From: an uncultured Gemmatimonadota bacterium
GTDB taxonomy: Bacteria > Gemmatimonadota > Gemmatimonadetes > Gemmatimonadales > Gemmatimonadaceae
Direction of reading: 5' to 3'
Assembly (NCBI GenBank): GCA_903910555.1
Contig: CAIVZZ010000018.1
Location: 31,363 to 95,362 of the forward strand
Length of the DNA: 64,000 bases
The translations under genes were made by a program, and so were the position numbers. The notes below the pieces were generated by a model. That model was not told the DNA's origin. It saw only the letters and a program-made list of their open reading frames with translations, and did no database searches. This document shows positions 46,727 through 57,900 of the stretch, piece after piece (position 1 is the stretch's first letter; each line of letters begins with the position of its first letter).

Positions 46727-47619
46727 TGCGACGTCCGCGGCTCCCGCGCCCATCAGTGGTGATGCTGCCCAACGGCTTCACCTTGATGAATCTGTTTTTC
46801 GGCGTGTTTGCCATTGTCACGGCCGCGCGCGGCGATCATGAGCGCGCGGTGTGGTACATCATCATCGGCGCCGTATGCGACGCGATCGACGGCCGCGTTG
46901 CGCGCGCTACGGGGACTGGCAGCCGTTTCGGTGAAGAGCTGGACTCGCTGGTCGACGCGATCTCATTCGGGTTCGCTCCGGCGATCCTGATTTATTTTGC
47001 CGTCCTGCGCAAAGACGGACTCGACTGGGTCTTTGTGTTCCTGTTCTCCGCGTGCGCCGTGATGCGGCTCGCGCGGTTCAACGTCGAGCAGGCGGGCCGA
47101 AAAAAGACTTACTATCGCGGTCTTCCGAGTCCGGTCGCGGGCGGTGTGCTCGCCACGTACTTCTGGTTCAGCCAGACGCCGCTCTACAACGAGACGGTCA
47201 TTAGCGATTTGCCGTGGCACACCATGGTCCGTTTTCTCATGGCGGGCCTCGCGTTCCTGATGATCAGCAACGTCCCATACCCGACCGTTCCGACATTCAG
47301 TATCCGCACGATTCGCGGTGTGCTTGGACTCGTAATTTTCATCGGGCTGATTTTTGGAATGATCTTCCTGCCGAAGGATTTCTTCTTCCCGGTGGGAATG
47401 TTGTACGTCGCGCTTGGCGTCGTCTCATCGTTCCTCAAGGGACTGCTCGACCGCCCGCAGGCCGGTGAGGGGCCCGAGTCCACCGAGGAACCGAACTTGT
47501 TCGGCGAGCAGGACGATGACTTGGCGGCTGACGACGACGCTCCACGACAGCGCCGTCGTCGATTCCGCGGAGCCCGGCGCAAGCCCGATCGCATCCCCCC
47601 AGAGGAACCTTCTGCATGA
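46726..47619 (+). CDS. pssA: CDP-diacylglycerol--serine O-phosphatidyltransferase
   Basis: 297 aa. CDP-alcohol phosphatidyltransferase motif DAIDGRVARATGTGSRFGEELDSLVD. Confidence 0.9.
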   Translation: MRRPRLPRPSVVMLPNGFTLMNLFFGVFAIVTAARGDHERAVWYIIIGAVCDAIDGRVARATGTGSRFGEELDSLVDAISFGFAPAILIYFAVLRKDGLDWVFVFLFSACAVMRLARFNVEQAGRKKTYYRGLPSPVAGGVLATYFWFSQTPLYNETVISDLPWHTMVRFLMAGLAFLMISNVPYPTVPTFSIRTIRGVLGLVIFIGLIFGMIFLPKDFFFPVGMLYVALGVVSSFLKGLLDRPQAGEGPESTEEPNLFGEQDDDLAADDDAPRQRRRRFRGARRKPDRIPPEEPSA

Positions 47620-47626
47620 TTTCCGC

Positions 47627-47884
47627 ATGACGCGATTCAGAGTATCCGTTCACATCATTCCGCGCCGCGGCCTCCTCGATCCTCAGGGAAAGGCCGTTAC
47701 GGACGCACTGCATACCCTCGGCTTTGCCGCAGTCGGCGAAGTGCACGTTGGACGCCATCTCGTGATCGAGACCGGCGCGAAAGACGCTGCCGCAGCTGAA
47801 GCGAGCGTGCGCACGATGTGCGAGCGACTGCTCGCGAACCCGGTCACCGAAGATTTTGAAATTGCCGGAGTAGTCAAAGAATGA
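47627..47884 (+). CDS. purS: phosphoribosylformylglycinamidine synthase subunit PurS
   Basis: 85 aa from the ATG at 47627 (V.I.PRRGLLDPQGKAV..AL..LGF). The track ORF from 47414 over-extends into pssA. Confidence 0.9.
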   Translation: MTRFRVSVHIIPRRGLLDPQGKAVTDALHTLGFAAVGEVHVGRHLVIETGAKDAAAAEASVRTMCERLLANPVTEDFEIAGVVKE

Positions 47885-48570
47885 AGGTCGGCATTGTGAC
47901 TTTTCCTGGTTCGAACTGCGAAGGCGATGCATTCCACGCAGTCGTCGATCAGCTCGGTGAACAGGCTGTGATGCTTTGGCACAAGGATCACGATCTTCAG
48001 GGCAGCGACGTCGTGATTCTGCCGGGCGGATTCGCATACGGTGACTACCTCCGCGCCGGCGCGATTGCGCGGTTTAGCCCGATTATGAAAGAGGTCGCCG
48101 CGCACGCGGCGAAGGGTGGCGTCGTGCTCGGCATCTGCAACGGATTCCAGATCGCATGCGAAGCCGGTTTGCTGCCCGGCGCCCTGCTGCGGAACGACGT
48201 CGGGTATCGCTCGATGCCGGTGACGATTCGGGTCGAGCATACCAACACGACGTTCACATCGGTCGCGAAAGTCGGACAGTGCCTCACGATGCCTATCGCG
48301 CACGGTGAAGGGCGCTACGCTGCCAGTGACGACGTTCTCGATCAGCTGGAGTCCGACGGCCAGGTGCTCTTCCGCTACGTGAACGCCGCAGGTGAAACGA
48401 CCGTCGATGCAAATCCCAACGGCGCGATGCGCAACATCGCCGGCGTTTGCAATGCGGCGCGCAATGTGATCGGCTTGATGCCGCATCCGGAGCGCGCCGT
48501 TGATCTGCTGCTCGGTTCGATTGACGGGCTCGTGTTGTTTGAATCGCTGCTGGTTGCCGCTCACGCCTGA
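47881..48570 (+). CDS. purQ: phosphoribosylformylglycinamidine synthase, glutaminase subunit PurQ
   Basis: 229 aa. PGGFAYGDYLR, catalytic GICNGFQ and MPHPER. Confidence 0.95.
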   Translation: MKVGIVTFPGSNCEGDAFHAVVDQLGEQAVMLWHKDHDLQGSDVVILPGGFAYGDYLRAGAIARFSPIMKEVAAHAAKGGVVLGICNGFQIACEAGLLPGALLRNDVGYRSMPVTIRVEHTNTTFTSVAKVGQCLTMPIAHGEGRYAASDDVLDQLESDGQVLFRYVNAAGETTVDANPNGAMRNIAGVCNAARNVIGLMPHPERAVDLLLGSIDGLVLFESLLVAAHA

Positions 48571-48583
48571 CCGGAGATCGTTC

Positions 48584-49195
48584 ATGCGCAATATCCGATT
48601 GGTTGCATTTCTATTGGCCGCCGTCGCAGGCAGCGCGAGCGCGCAGTCGTCGATCGATCCGGGGATGACGAAGGATCAGGTCATCGCGAAGCTCGGCAAG
48701 CCGGCGTCGGAGCACACGAGCGGCAACTCGACCTATCTCTATTACGCGAATGGCGAAGAGAAGAAAGTCGGCATGAGTGACATGGTCGCACTCGAAGACG
48801 GAAAAGTTGTCGACGCCGTATTTCGCTCGCCGAACCGCAAATACAGCGGGAAGAGTTCGTCGCCTGCGCCGGTGTCGACAGACGCAGCGATCGCGAAAGG
48901 AAACGGCGGCAAGATGCCGGTGCACGCGGCGGCGCCAATGAAGCTGCCTGCCGCAGCGACCAAGAAGCCTGCGGAAACGAAGAAGGCCGCGCCGCCAGCC
49001 AAAGCGCCTGAAGCCAAGAAGGCCGCCGCGCCCACGTCAAAAGTGCCAGAAACAAAGAAAGCGGCTCCGCCGACCTCAAAGACCCCGGAACCGAAAACGA
49101 AAGTCGACACGAAGAAGATCGCCGCTCCGCCTGCAAAAACCGCCAAGCCCGATACATCCAAGAAGTCCGCACCCGCACCAGCCAAAAAACCTTGA
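48584..49195 (+). CDS. secreted BamE/SmpA_OmlA-like domain protein with a Lys/Ala/Pro-rich repetitive tail
   Basis: The ATG at 48584 gives signal peptide [35 protein letters not shown] is the SmpA/OmlA signature. The C-terminal 90 aa or so are KKAAPP/TKK repeats. Confidence 0.7.
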   Translation: MRNIRLVAFLLAAVAGSASAQSSIDPGMTKDQVIAKLGKPASEHTSGNSTYLYYANGEEKKVGMSDMVALEDGKVVDAVFRSPNRKYSGKSSSPAPVSTDAAIAKGNGGKMPVHAAAPMKLPAAATKKPAETKKAAPPAKAPEAKKAAAPTSKVPETKKAAPPTSKTPEPKTKVDTKKIAAPPAKTAKPDTSKKSAPAPAKKP

Positions 49196-51498
49196 CTCCA
49201 ACTCCCCGCCCCGGCGATCCCACAATCACGCCGGCGCTTGTCGCCGAGCACGGGCTCACGCGGGACGAGTACGATCGATTGGTGAACATGCTGGGCCGCA
49301 CGCCGACCTTCACCGAACTCGGAATCGTCAGCGCGCTCTGGAGCGAACACTGCTCCTACAAGCATTCGCGTCCTCTGCTCAAGAAACTTCCGACCACGGC
49401 GCCGTATGTCCTGCAGGGGCCGGGCGAGAACGCAGGCGTGATCTCGATCGGCGATGGTCTTGCCGTCGCGTTCAAAATTGAATCGCACAACCATCCGTCT
49501 GCGGTCGAGCCATATCAGGGCGCTGCGACCGGAGTCGGCGGCATCCTGCGCGACGTCTTCACGATGGGCGCGCGGCCGATCGCGATGCTCAACTCGCTGC
49601 GGTTTGGATCGCTCGACAACGCGCGTGTGCGCTATCTCGTGGCCGGCGTCGTTCGTGGAATCGGCGACTATGGCAACTGTATGGGCGTTCCAACCATCGC
49701 CGGCGATGTAATGTTCGACGCCGCGTATGAGGGGAATCCACTGGTAAACGCGATGTGCGTTGGCATTCTGCGCGAGGATGAACTGATTCGCGCGAAGGCC
49801 GAGGGTATCGGGAACTCGATCATGGCCGTCGGCGCCCGCACCGGCCGTGATGGCATCCACGGTGCGTCCTTCGCGTCCGAAGACCTGTCTCACAACAGCG
49901 ACGCCAAGCGTCCGCGCGTTCAGGTCGGCGATCCGTTCACGGAAAAGTTGCTGCTCGAAGCGACGCTCGAACTGATTGCGTCAGGCCACTGCGTAGCCGT
50001 TCAGGACATGGGCGCCGCAGGTCTGACTTCATCGAGCGCCGAGATGGCAGAGCGCGGCGACGTCGGCGTAACGATCGATACGCTGAAGGTTCCCGTGCGC
50101 GAATCAGGGATGACGCCGTATGAGATTCTGCTGAGCGAATCGCAGGAGCGCATGTTGGTGGTGGTGATCAAGGGCCGCGAAGAGAAAGTTCGCGCGATCC
50201 TCGCGAAGTGGGACCTGACCGCCGAGGTGATCGGACAGGTAATTGCCGAACCGGTGTACCGCGTGACCGAGGGGAAAAAGGTCGTTGCAGAGTTTCCGGG
50301 AAACCGGCTCGTTACCGACTGCCCGCAATACCATCCGGCTGCCAAAGAGAGCGACGCGATTGTCGCCCTTCGCGCGCAGGATGTCCACGCGATCCCGTCG
50401 CTGCCGCTGGAACGGAATTCTGCGTGGACGCTCCGCCGCCTCCTTGAATCGCCGACGATCGCGAGCAAGCGCTGGCTCTATCGTCAGTATGACTCCACCG
50501 TGCGCACCAACACGGTGCTCGGCCCCGGCAGCGGCGACGCCGCCGTGCTGCGCATTCGCGGCACGAAGAAGGGGCTCGCGCTCAAGACGGACTGCAACGG
50601 ACGCTATGTCTATCTCGACCCGCGCGTCGGTGGACGCATTGCGGTTGCCGAGGCTGCACGCAACGTCGCGTGCGTTGGCGCGCGACCGATGGCAATCACC
50701 AACTGTCTCAATTTCGGCAACCCGACCCGCCCCGACATCTTCTTCCAGTTCCGCGAAGCACTCGCCGGAATGGGCGAAGCGTGTGTCGCGCTGGGCACGC
50801 CGGTCACGGGCGGAAATGTTTCGCTGTATAACGAGAGCCCGATCGGCGCCGTGTATCCCACGCCGACGATCGGCATGGTCGGGCTCCTTGAGGACGTCAC
50901 GAATGCAACAGGGATGACGTTTCGCGAAGCCGAAGACGAAATCATCCTCCTCGGCGAACCGACCGACGAACTGGGCGCCAGCGAATACCTCTCGTGGATT
51001 CACGGCGTCGTCGCGGGCGCGCCGCCTGCATGCGATCTCAAGCGCGAACGTGCGCTGATCGAGACGCTGCACGAGTCGATCAACAAGCGTCTGCTGCATT
51101 CAGCGCACGACTGCAGCGAAGGCGGATTTGCCGTCGCAATCGCCGAATGCTGCATTGGCGACCAGCTCAAGATGCGCGGCGCGATGGTCGACCTCACGGC
51201 ATGGAAAGCGATTCCTTCCCGCGCGCTGTTGTTTGGAGAGGCACAAGGCCGCGCGATTGTCTCCACGAGCGATTCTGCAGCAGTCCTTGCGATTGCGAAG
51301 AAGCACGGGATCCCGGCGCGCATGATCGGTCATGTGAAGCCGACCGGTGAAGGTCTCGTGATTGGGGTATCAGGTCACAGTATGCGCGCGCCGCTCTTGG
51401 ACCTCAGCTCCGCATATCACGATGCGATCCCCAAAGCGATGCAGCGCGCACCAGCCGAAGAAGTTTCTGCCGAACTTGCAACCGGAGCACCGTCCTGA
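49192..51498 (+). CDS. purL: phosphoribosylformylglycinamidine synthase subunit PurL
   Basis: 768 aa. [31 protein letters not shown] and duplicated AIRS domains. TTG start overlaps the upstream TGA. Confidence 0.95.
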   Translation: MTPTPRPGDPTITPALVAEHGLTRDEYDRLVNMLGRTPTFTELGIVSALWSEHCSYKHSRPLLKKLPTTAPYVLQGPGENAGVISIGDGLAVAFKIESHNHPSAVEPYQGAATGVGGILRDVFTMGARPIAMLNSLRFGSLDNARVRYLVAGVVRGIGDYGNCMGVPTIAGDVMFDAAYEGNPLVNAMCVGILREDELIRAKAEGIGNSIMAVGARTGRDGIHGASFASEDLSHNSDAKRPRVQVGDPFTEKLLLEATLELIASGHCVAVQDMGAAGLTSSSAEMAERGDVGVTIDTLKVPVRESGMTPYEILLSESQERMLVVVIKGREEKVRAILAKWDLTAEVIGQVIAEPVYRVTEGKKVVAEFPGNRLVTDCPQYHPAAKESDAIVALRAQDVHAIPSLPLERNSAWTLRRLLESPTIASKRWLYRQYDSTVRTNTVLGPGSGDAAVLRIRGTKKGLALKTDCNGRYVYLDPRVGGRIAVAEAARNVACVGARPMAITNCLNFGNPTRPDIFFQFREALAGMGEACVALGTPVTGGNVSLYNESPIGAVYPTPTIGMVGLLEDVTNATGMTFREAEDEIILLGEPTDELGASEYLSWIHGVVAGAPPACDLKRERALIETLHESINKRLLHSAHDCSEGGFAVAIAECCIGDQLKMRGAMVDLTAWKAIPSRALLFGEAQGRAIVSTSDSAAVLAIAKKHGIPARMIGHVKPTGEGLVIGVSGHSMRAPLLDLSSAYHDAIPKAMQRAPAEEVSAELATGAPS

Positions 51499-52871
51499 TG
51501 TGCGGCGTGTTTGGAGTGAGCGGGAATGCATCGGCGGCGGAGCTCGTCCACCTCGGGCTCTATTCGCTGCAGCACCGCGGACAAGAATCGGCGGGCATTG
51601 TCGCTGTGCGGGACGGCGAGGCGCACGGACTGCGCGCAATGGGACTCGTTGGCGAGAAGTTCGGGCCGGAAGCAATCCGGGGATTGCAGGGGTCGACGGC
51701 AATCGGCCACACGCGATATTCGACGGCCGGTTCATCGACGCTCGAAAATGCGCAGCCTGCCCTGGTGAACTTCAAGGGCGGTCATATTGCGCTCGCACAC
51801 AACGGCAATCTGGTGAACGCGACCGAAATCCGCGTTCAACTCGAAGCTGCGGGCTCGATCTTCAGCTCGACGATGGATTCCGAAGTCATCGTGCACCGTC
51901 TCGCGCGGTCGTCCGCGGTAAAGCCGGAAGACCAGCTCGCCGAAGCGCTGCAGGGCCTTGAGGGTGCGTATTCGCTGCTCGTGCTCATCAACGACACACT
52001 GCTTGCCGCGCGCGATCCCAACGGCTGGCGTCCGCTGGTCATGGGAAAGCTGGGTGACACGTACATCTTCGCATCCGAGACGTGCGCGCTCGATATCGTC
52101 GGAGCCACACTGGTGCGCGAAGTGCTGCCCGGCGAAATAATTGCGATCGACAAGAACGGCGAGATGCGCACCGTTCAGCTCGGCGCGGCACCGGTGCTGC
52201 ACCGCTGCGTATTCGAGCATGTGTACTTCGCGCGCCCCGATAGCAGCGTGTTCGGCGGATCGGTTGATCGTGCACGTCGCGCGCTCGGACGGCGTCTCGC
52301 GGTCGAGCATCCCGCGCCCGGTGCGGATCTCGTTTTTGCAGTTCCGGATTCGTCCAACGCAGCGGCGCTCGGATTCTCAGAGGAGAGCGGACTCGCGCTC
52401 GAGCATGCGCTGATTCGCAATCACTACGTCGGCCGCACGTTCATTCAGCCTACGCAGGCCGGCCGCGATGCGAAGGTGAAGGTGAAGTACAATCCCGTCA
52501 AAGAAATCTTGAAGGGGAAAAGCGTGGTGATGGTCGACGATTCGATCGTGCGCGGGACGACGACGAAAGGAATCGTCGCCCTCGTGCGCGCCGCGGGTGC
52601 GCGCGAAGTGCACATGCGGGTTTCATCACCGCCGATCACAGGCCCGTGCTGGTACGGCATCGACACGCCAGACAAGGCGCAGCTCATCGCCGCGAACATG
52701 GGGCTCAAGGAAATCGCAGATAAGATCGGTGTCGATTCCCTCGGCTACATCTCACTCGACGGAATGCTCGGCGCCGTTCCGAGCGGCCCGACCGGATTTT
52801 GCCATGCGTGTTTCTCCGGACAGTACCCTACACGAGCACCGAGTGTGATTTCGAAGAATCGTATGGGGTGA
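51498..52871 (+). CDS. purF: amidophosphoribosyltransferase
   Basis: 457 aa. N-terminal MCGVFG (Ntn Cys), LQHRGQESAGI and PRT motif VVMVDDSIVRGTT. Confidence 0.95.
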   Translation: MCGVFGVSGNASAAELVHLGLYSLQHRGQESAGIVAVRDGEAHGLRAMGLVGEKFGPEAIRGLQGSTAIGHTRYSTAGSSTLENAQPALVNFKGGHIALAHNGNLVNATEIRVQLEAAGSIFSSTMDSEVIVHRLARSSAVKPEDQLAEALQGLEGAYSLLVLINDTLLAARDPNGWRPLVMGKLGDTYIFASETCALDIVGATLVREVLPGEIIAIDKNGEMRTVQLGAAPVLHRCVFEHVYFARPDSSVFGGSVDRARRALGRRLAVEHPAPGADLVFAVPDSSNAAALGFSEESGLALEHALIRNHYVGRTFIQPTQAGRDAKVKVKYNPVKEILKGKSVVMVDDSIVRGTTTKGIVALVRAAGAREVHMRVSSPPITGPCWYGIDTPDKAQLIAANMGLKEIADKIGVDSLGYISLDGMLGAVPSGPTGFCHACFSGQYPTRAPSVISKNRMG

Positions 52872-54696
52872 CGGCGGCTGCTTCCTCGACGTGAATCGGA
52901 AATGAGAGCGTAAACGTCGCGCCGTCGTCGGGGAGACTGCAGACGCAGACCGTGCCGCCGATGCTCTCCATCATTGCCCGCACTGACGCCAGTCCGATGC
53001 CGGTGCCGTTCTTCGCTTTGGTCGTGAAGAACGTCTCGAAAATTGTTTCGTGAAGCTCAGGTGGTATTCCGGTTCCCGTGTCGGAAACTTCGACTAGGAG
53101 GCGGGGCGTCTCGTCGCTGTGTTCCTCTCGCACGCGCACCGTCACGTTGCCGCCGTCCGGCATCGCGTCGCGCGCATTCGAAACGAGATTTACCAGCGAC
53201 TGCTCGATGACGGTCGGCGGCACCAGCACGCGGCTGGACGAAACTTCCAGCAGCAGATGGAACCCGATCGTGCGCGGAAGAATCATCCGCAGAAAATCTT
53301 CCTGCGCTGCAACGGCGGCGCGCAACTCAACGAGCCTCGGCTCTACCGCGTCGGTTTCACCGCGCGCAAACATCATCAGCCGCTTGGTAAGCCGTCCGGA
53401 TTCGGTGGTGGCTTTTGAGATCTGGCCCAATAGTTCGGCGCGCGCCGGCTTTCCGGCTTCCCCCTCGCGCCGCAGCATCTCGACCGACAGCGAGGTCGTG
53501 AACAGAAGATTGTTGAGATCGTGTGCGAGCCCGGCGCCCAGCATCGCGAGCGTGTTGAGCCGCTCCGTTCGCAGCATCACCGACTGAAGTTTCTCCAGGC
53601 GCTGCGTGCGCTCTACAACACGGTGTTCGAGCGTGCGCTGCGTATCGTGGATCTGCGCGGCCATTGAATTGAACGCGACGGCGAGCTGCCCAAGTTCATC
53701 GGTCCTCGATGTGTCGGCAAGCTGACTAAAGTCGCCGGCGGCAATCGCGCTGGAAGCGTGAGTCAGCCGGTCCAGCGGCCGCGTAATTTCTTTGCTCACG
53801 GTCCACGCCACAACAAACCCGAGCCCCAACAGGACCAAGCCGATGAGCACGGCGCGTGTCACGAAGCGATCGGCCGCACCCATCAGAGTGGCCTTCGGCA
53901 GCTCGACGAGCACGGTCCACGGCGCACCTGCGATCGGGCGCGCGGTGCCGAGCACTTCGGTGCCGTCGGCGAGCGTATAATCCGCGATGTCTGTCGCGTG
54001 CCGCACGTCCGCAGGCGGCCCTGCCACAGTGCGAGCGAGATCGGTCCAAACCGTTCCGCTGTCGTTGCCAAGGAGCAGCGACGCGTTGGGGCCGATGAGG
54101 TGCAGCAATTGGTCACGGGCCTGCGGAGTCGACGCAATCCGGCGCCACTCCACGTAGTAGCCGATCGGCTTGCCACTGGCCATGACGGCACCGACGATCG
54201 GCAGCACGACGGTGTCGTTTTCGACACGCAGCCTGCCGACCGCTGTGTGGTGCGGGCCTGCCGATGCCACGTCAAATTCGAGCGTCGCGGGGCCATGTAA
54301 CGCCGTCACACCGGGGGCAGTAGTAAGCGCCAACTCACGCTTCGCGTTCCACAGCTCAACGGAGAGGCGCTGCGAGCTGGAGGCCGATGGCCTGCGCATG
54401 TAGGTCATCGCAGCAGCCTTGTTTCTCTCGCTCGGCGATTCGAGAAATCGCACGACGGCGTTGTCGGCCGCGGCAACGCGCAGAACGCTGTCGGTCTTCG
54501 TCGCCGATACCGCGAGGAGCTCCGCGATCTGATCGCTGACGCTGCGCAAGCGCTCGCGGCCTACAGCGAGAGAGGCGGTTCGTACGGATCCGTACGACGC
54601 GGCGGAATCGAGCGCGACGACGCCGAGAACGAGCCCACAGATGAGGAGTGGAAGTTTCTGCTTAAGCGAGAGGCGACGGGGGGGCGTCGGCGACAT
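52828..54696 (-). CDS. sensor histidine kinase (periplasmic sensor domain, HAMP, HisKA, HATPase_c)
   Basis: 622 aa. Two TM segments flank an extracytoplasmic domain of about 250 aa. H-box GAGLAHDLNNLL. N/G boxes NLVSNARDAM and DTGTGIP..., GTGIGL. Confidence 0.85.
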   Translation of the reverse strand: MSPTPPRRLSLKQKLPLLICGLVLGVVALDSAASYGSVRTASLAVGRERLRSVSDQIAELLAVSATKTDSVLRVAAADNAVVRFLESPSERNKAAAMTYMRRPSASSSQRLSVELWNAKRELALTTAPGVTALHGPATLEFDVASAGPHHTAVGRLRVENDTVVLPIVGAVMASGKPIGYYVEWRRIASTPQARDQLLHLIGPNASLLLGNDSGTVWTDLARTVAGPPADVRHATDIADYTLADGTEVLGTARPIAGAPWTVLVELPKATLMGAADRFVTRAVLIGLVLLGLGFVVAWTVSKEITRPLDRLTHASSAIAAGDFSQLADTSRTDELGQLAVAFNSMAAQIHDTQRTLEHRVVERTQRLEKLQSVMLRTERLNTLAMLGAGLAHDLNNLLFTTSLSVEMLRREGEAGKPARAELLGQISKATTESGRLTKRLMMFARGETDAVEPRLVELRAAVAAQEDFLRMILPRTIGFHLLLEVSSSRVLVPPTVIEQSLVNLVSNARDAMPDGGNVTVRVREEHSDETPRLLVEVSDTGTGIPPELHETIFETFFTTKAKNGTGIGLASVRAMMESIGGTVCVCSLPDDGATFTLSFPIHVEEAAAVTPYDSSKSHSVLV

Positions 54697-54844
54697 GGCA
54701 CGCGGTCGGCAGGTTGAACTGCGAAATCCCGTCGGCGGGCCATCGTTCCCGGCACTTCTTCCTCTGACAAATAGGTTACATCTGACCTACATCTGCAATA
54801 CTGCATGAAAAGAAAAACGACGCCAGTTGTTCCGCGCTATCCTT

Positions 54845-54860
54845 TGTGATCAAGATCACA
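54845..54860. promoter_or_regulatory. perfect CRP/FNR-type palindrome TGTGATCAAGATCACA
   Basis: Exact TGTGA-N6-TCACA, 112 nt upstream of the GTG at 54972, in the divergent intergenic region shared with the histidine kinase gene. Confidence 0.45.
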
Positions 54861-54971
54861 CCGTGCTAGCGGGATGACGATCGGATGACAGCTGACAAAT
54901 GAACAGCTGCGCGCGCTCATACGTTTAGCTCCGAAGAAGCCGTCACCCACCGGAAACAGGAGATTCATCAC

Positions 54972-57900
54972 GTGCGCAGCGCCCCTCGCTCCGCCGCATT
55001 CGCCGCGTTGTTTGTTCTGTGCGCATTCGAACCGCTCCGCGCGCAGTCGCCGTTCGATTCGCTGCACTTTCGCTCGATCGGCCCCGCCGCAACGGGCGGC
55101 CGTATCCACGATTTGCAGATCGATCCGAGGAATCCGGCGATCCTATATGTGGGCGCCGCAAGCGGCGGAATATTCAAGAGCACCAACAACGGCGTCACGT
55201 GGCGCGACATTTTCGGCGACCAGCCCGACAACACATTCGGGTCGCTCGCGATTTTCGCCGGCAACTCGAGCATTATTTGGGCCGGCACCGGCGAGAACAA
55301 CAACCGGCAGAGTTCGTCGTGGGGTGGCGGCGTGTATCGCTCGACGGACGCGGGCGAACACTGGAGCTACCTCGGACTGCACGACACGCGCTCCATTGGA
55401 CGCGTCGTCCTCCACCCCACGAATCCGAACGTCGCGTATATCGCCGCAGTCGGAAATCTTTGGCGCGGGAATCCCGAGCGCGGCGTGTTCAAGACGACTG
55501 ACGGCGGGAAATCGTGGTCGAAAATTCTGTATGTGGACACACTCACGGGCGCGACGGATCTCGTGATGGATCCGCGCGACCCGAACGTGCTCTATGCGGC
55601 GATGTATCAGCGTCTTCGAAAAGCGTGGGGCTTCGACGGCGGCGGCCCGGGCAGCGCCATCTACAAGACGACAGACGGCGGCGCGACGTGGAAGAAGCTT
55701 GAGAACGGCATCCCCGCGGGAGACAAAGGCCGCATCGGGTTGGCGCTCGCGCTCTCGAAGCCCGACGTGCTGATCGCGACGATCGAGCACGCGATCCAGG
55801 GCGGCACCTACCGCACCGAAGACGCGGGCGCGACGTGGAAGCGCATGAGCGCGACAAATCCGCGGCCGATGTATTACAGCAAGCCGACGATCGACCCAAA
55901 CAACGACAAGCGGATCTGGCTGCCGGGCACGTACATCGTAAAGAGCGAAGACGGCGGCGCCACGTTCGAAGAAGAGCCGACCTCTCCCACCTACGACGTC
56001 GGCCTCAAGACCGACCATCACGTAATCCGCGTCGACCCCGCCAACTCCGCGCACATTTATGTCGTTGGCGATGGCGGCCTGCACGAAAGTTTCGACATGG
56101 GCAAGACGTACATCCGTGTCAACAATATTCCGGTCGGGCAGATCTATCGCATCGCAGTGGACAATCGCGACCCGTACTGGATCTACGCCGGATTTCAGGA
56201 CAATCACTCGTGGGGCGGCCCGAGCGCGACGCGTCACTGGCTCGGCATTCTCAATCAGGATTGGGTCGAGATCGGCTTCAGCGACGGCACGGGCAAAGCC
56301 GTCGATCTCACCAACTGGCGCAAAGTGTATTCGTCGTCAAGCGGAGGAAATCTCTCGCTTGTCGATCCGGTCACCGGCGACGTACAGCCGCTGAATCCGC
56401 GCCCGCCCGCCGGTGAGCCGCCGTACCGCTATGCGTGGGACGCGCCGGTGATGGCGTCGCAGCACACTTCGGGCACGGTGTATCTCGGCGCGAATCGACT
56501 GTTGACGTCGCACGACTTTGGCTCCACGTGGACCCGCAGCAATGATCTCACGCGCTCGATCAATCGCGACACGCTCATGATGATGGGCATTTTGAACAGC
56601 GCGATTCGCCTTTCGCGAAACGATGGCGACGGCGTCAGCCAGATTTCGAACTTCGCGGAGTCCCCGATAGACGCGAAGATTCTCTGGGTCGGCACAGACG
56701 ATGGCAACGTGCAGCTCAGCGTTGATGGCGGTCTCACGTTTGCCGAGCTGAGCAAGAACATTCACGGCGTGCGTGACGGTGCGTTCGTCGGCAAGATCGT
56801 CGCGTCGGCCGCATCGCGCGGCACGGCGTATGTGACGTTCGATGAACACCGTGACGGTGATTTTGCCCCGTACATCATGCGCACGACCGATTTTGGAAAA
56901 ACCTGGAAGGCGGTCGTCGACGGCCTTCCCGCTGACGACGCATCGGTGCGCAGCATTGCGGAATATCCGGGGCACGCAAACGTGCTGTTCGCTGGCACGG
57001 AACGCGCGATGTACGTCACACTCGACAGCGGCGCCCACTGGAACAAACTCAAGGCGAACCTGCCGACCACACGGTACGACGACATCGTGATCCATCCGCG
57101 CACAAAAGATCTCGTGCTCGGAACGCACGGCCGGAGCATTTGGATTCTCGACGATGCCTCGCCGATTGCGAACTGGACTCCCGCCGTCGCCGCGGCAAAA
57201 GCGCATTTGTTCAGCGTGCCGCGCGCGACGATCCTGTTGTACTGGGAAGATGTCTCGAATATGAACCACTACTTCTACACGGCGGAGAACCCGGCAGAGG
57301 GGGCGACGTTCACCTATTCGCTCGGTGCACCCGCGCAGAAAGTGCGGCTGATCGTGAGCAGCATCGGTCCCACGGGCCGCGTGATCAAGGAGATCAATGG
57401 CCCCGCTGCGACCGGGGTGATCAATCGCGTGAACTGGGACCTTCGCTTTCCGCTGCCGCCGGGAATGGGTGGACGTGGCGGCGGTGGCGGCGACGAGGGC
57501 GGCGGCGGCGGCGGTCCCGGCAGTCAAAAGGCTGGCGTGATTCAACTGCCGATTCCTGCGCACGACATAGCACAACGCGGCATCTTCGTCGCGCCCGGTA
57601 CGTTCAAGGTGGCGCTCGAAGTCGACGGTGCGGTCGTCGAATCGAAGACGTTTGAAGTCCGTGGCGATCCTGCGTCGAGCGTCACACTCGCACAGCAAAA
57701 GTCACGGGAGGCGTTTGCGATCGAAGTGTCCGATCTGCTCGTGAAGATCGAAAAGTTGAACGCCGATATCAGCGCGAGGAAAGCGGCCGCGACCGGTGAT
57801 CCCGCCGACAAGTTTACGGCATTGCAGACGCGCCTCGTCGGCGGTGCAGGCGGCGGGCGCGGACGAGGCGGCGGTGGCGGCGGACGCGGGGGCGGACCCC

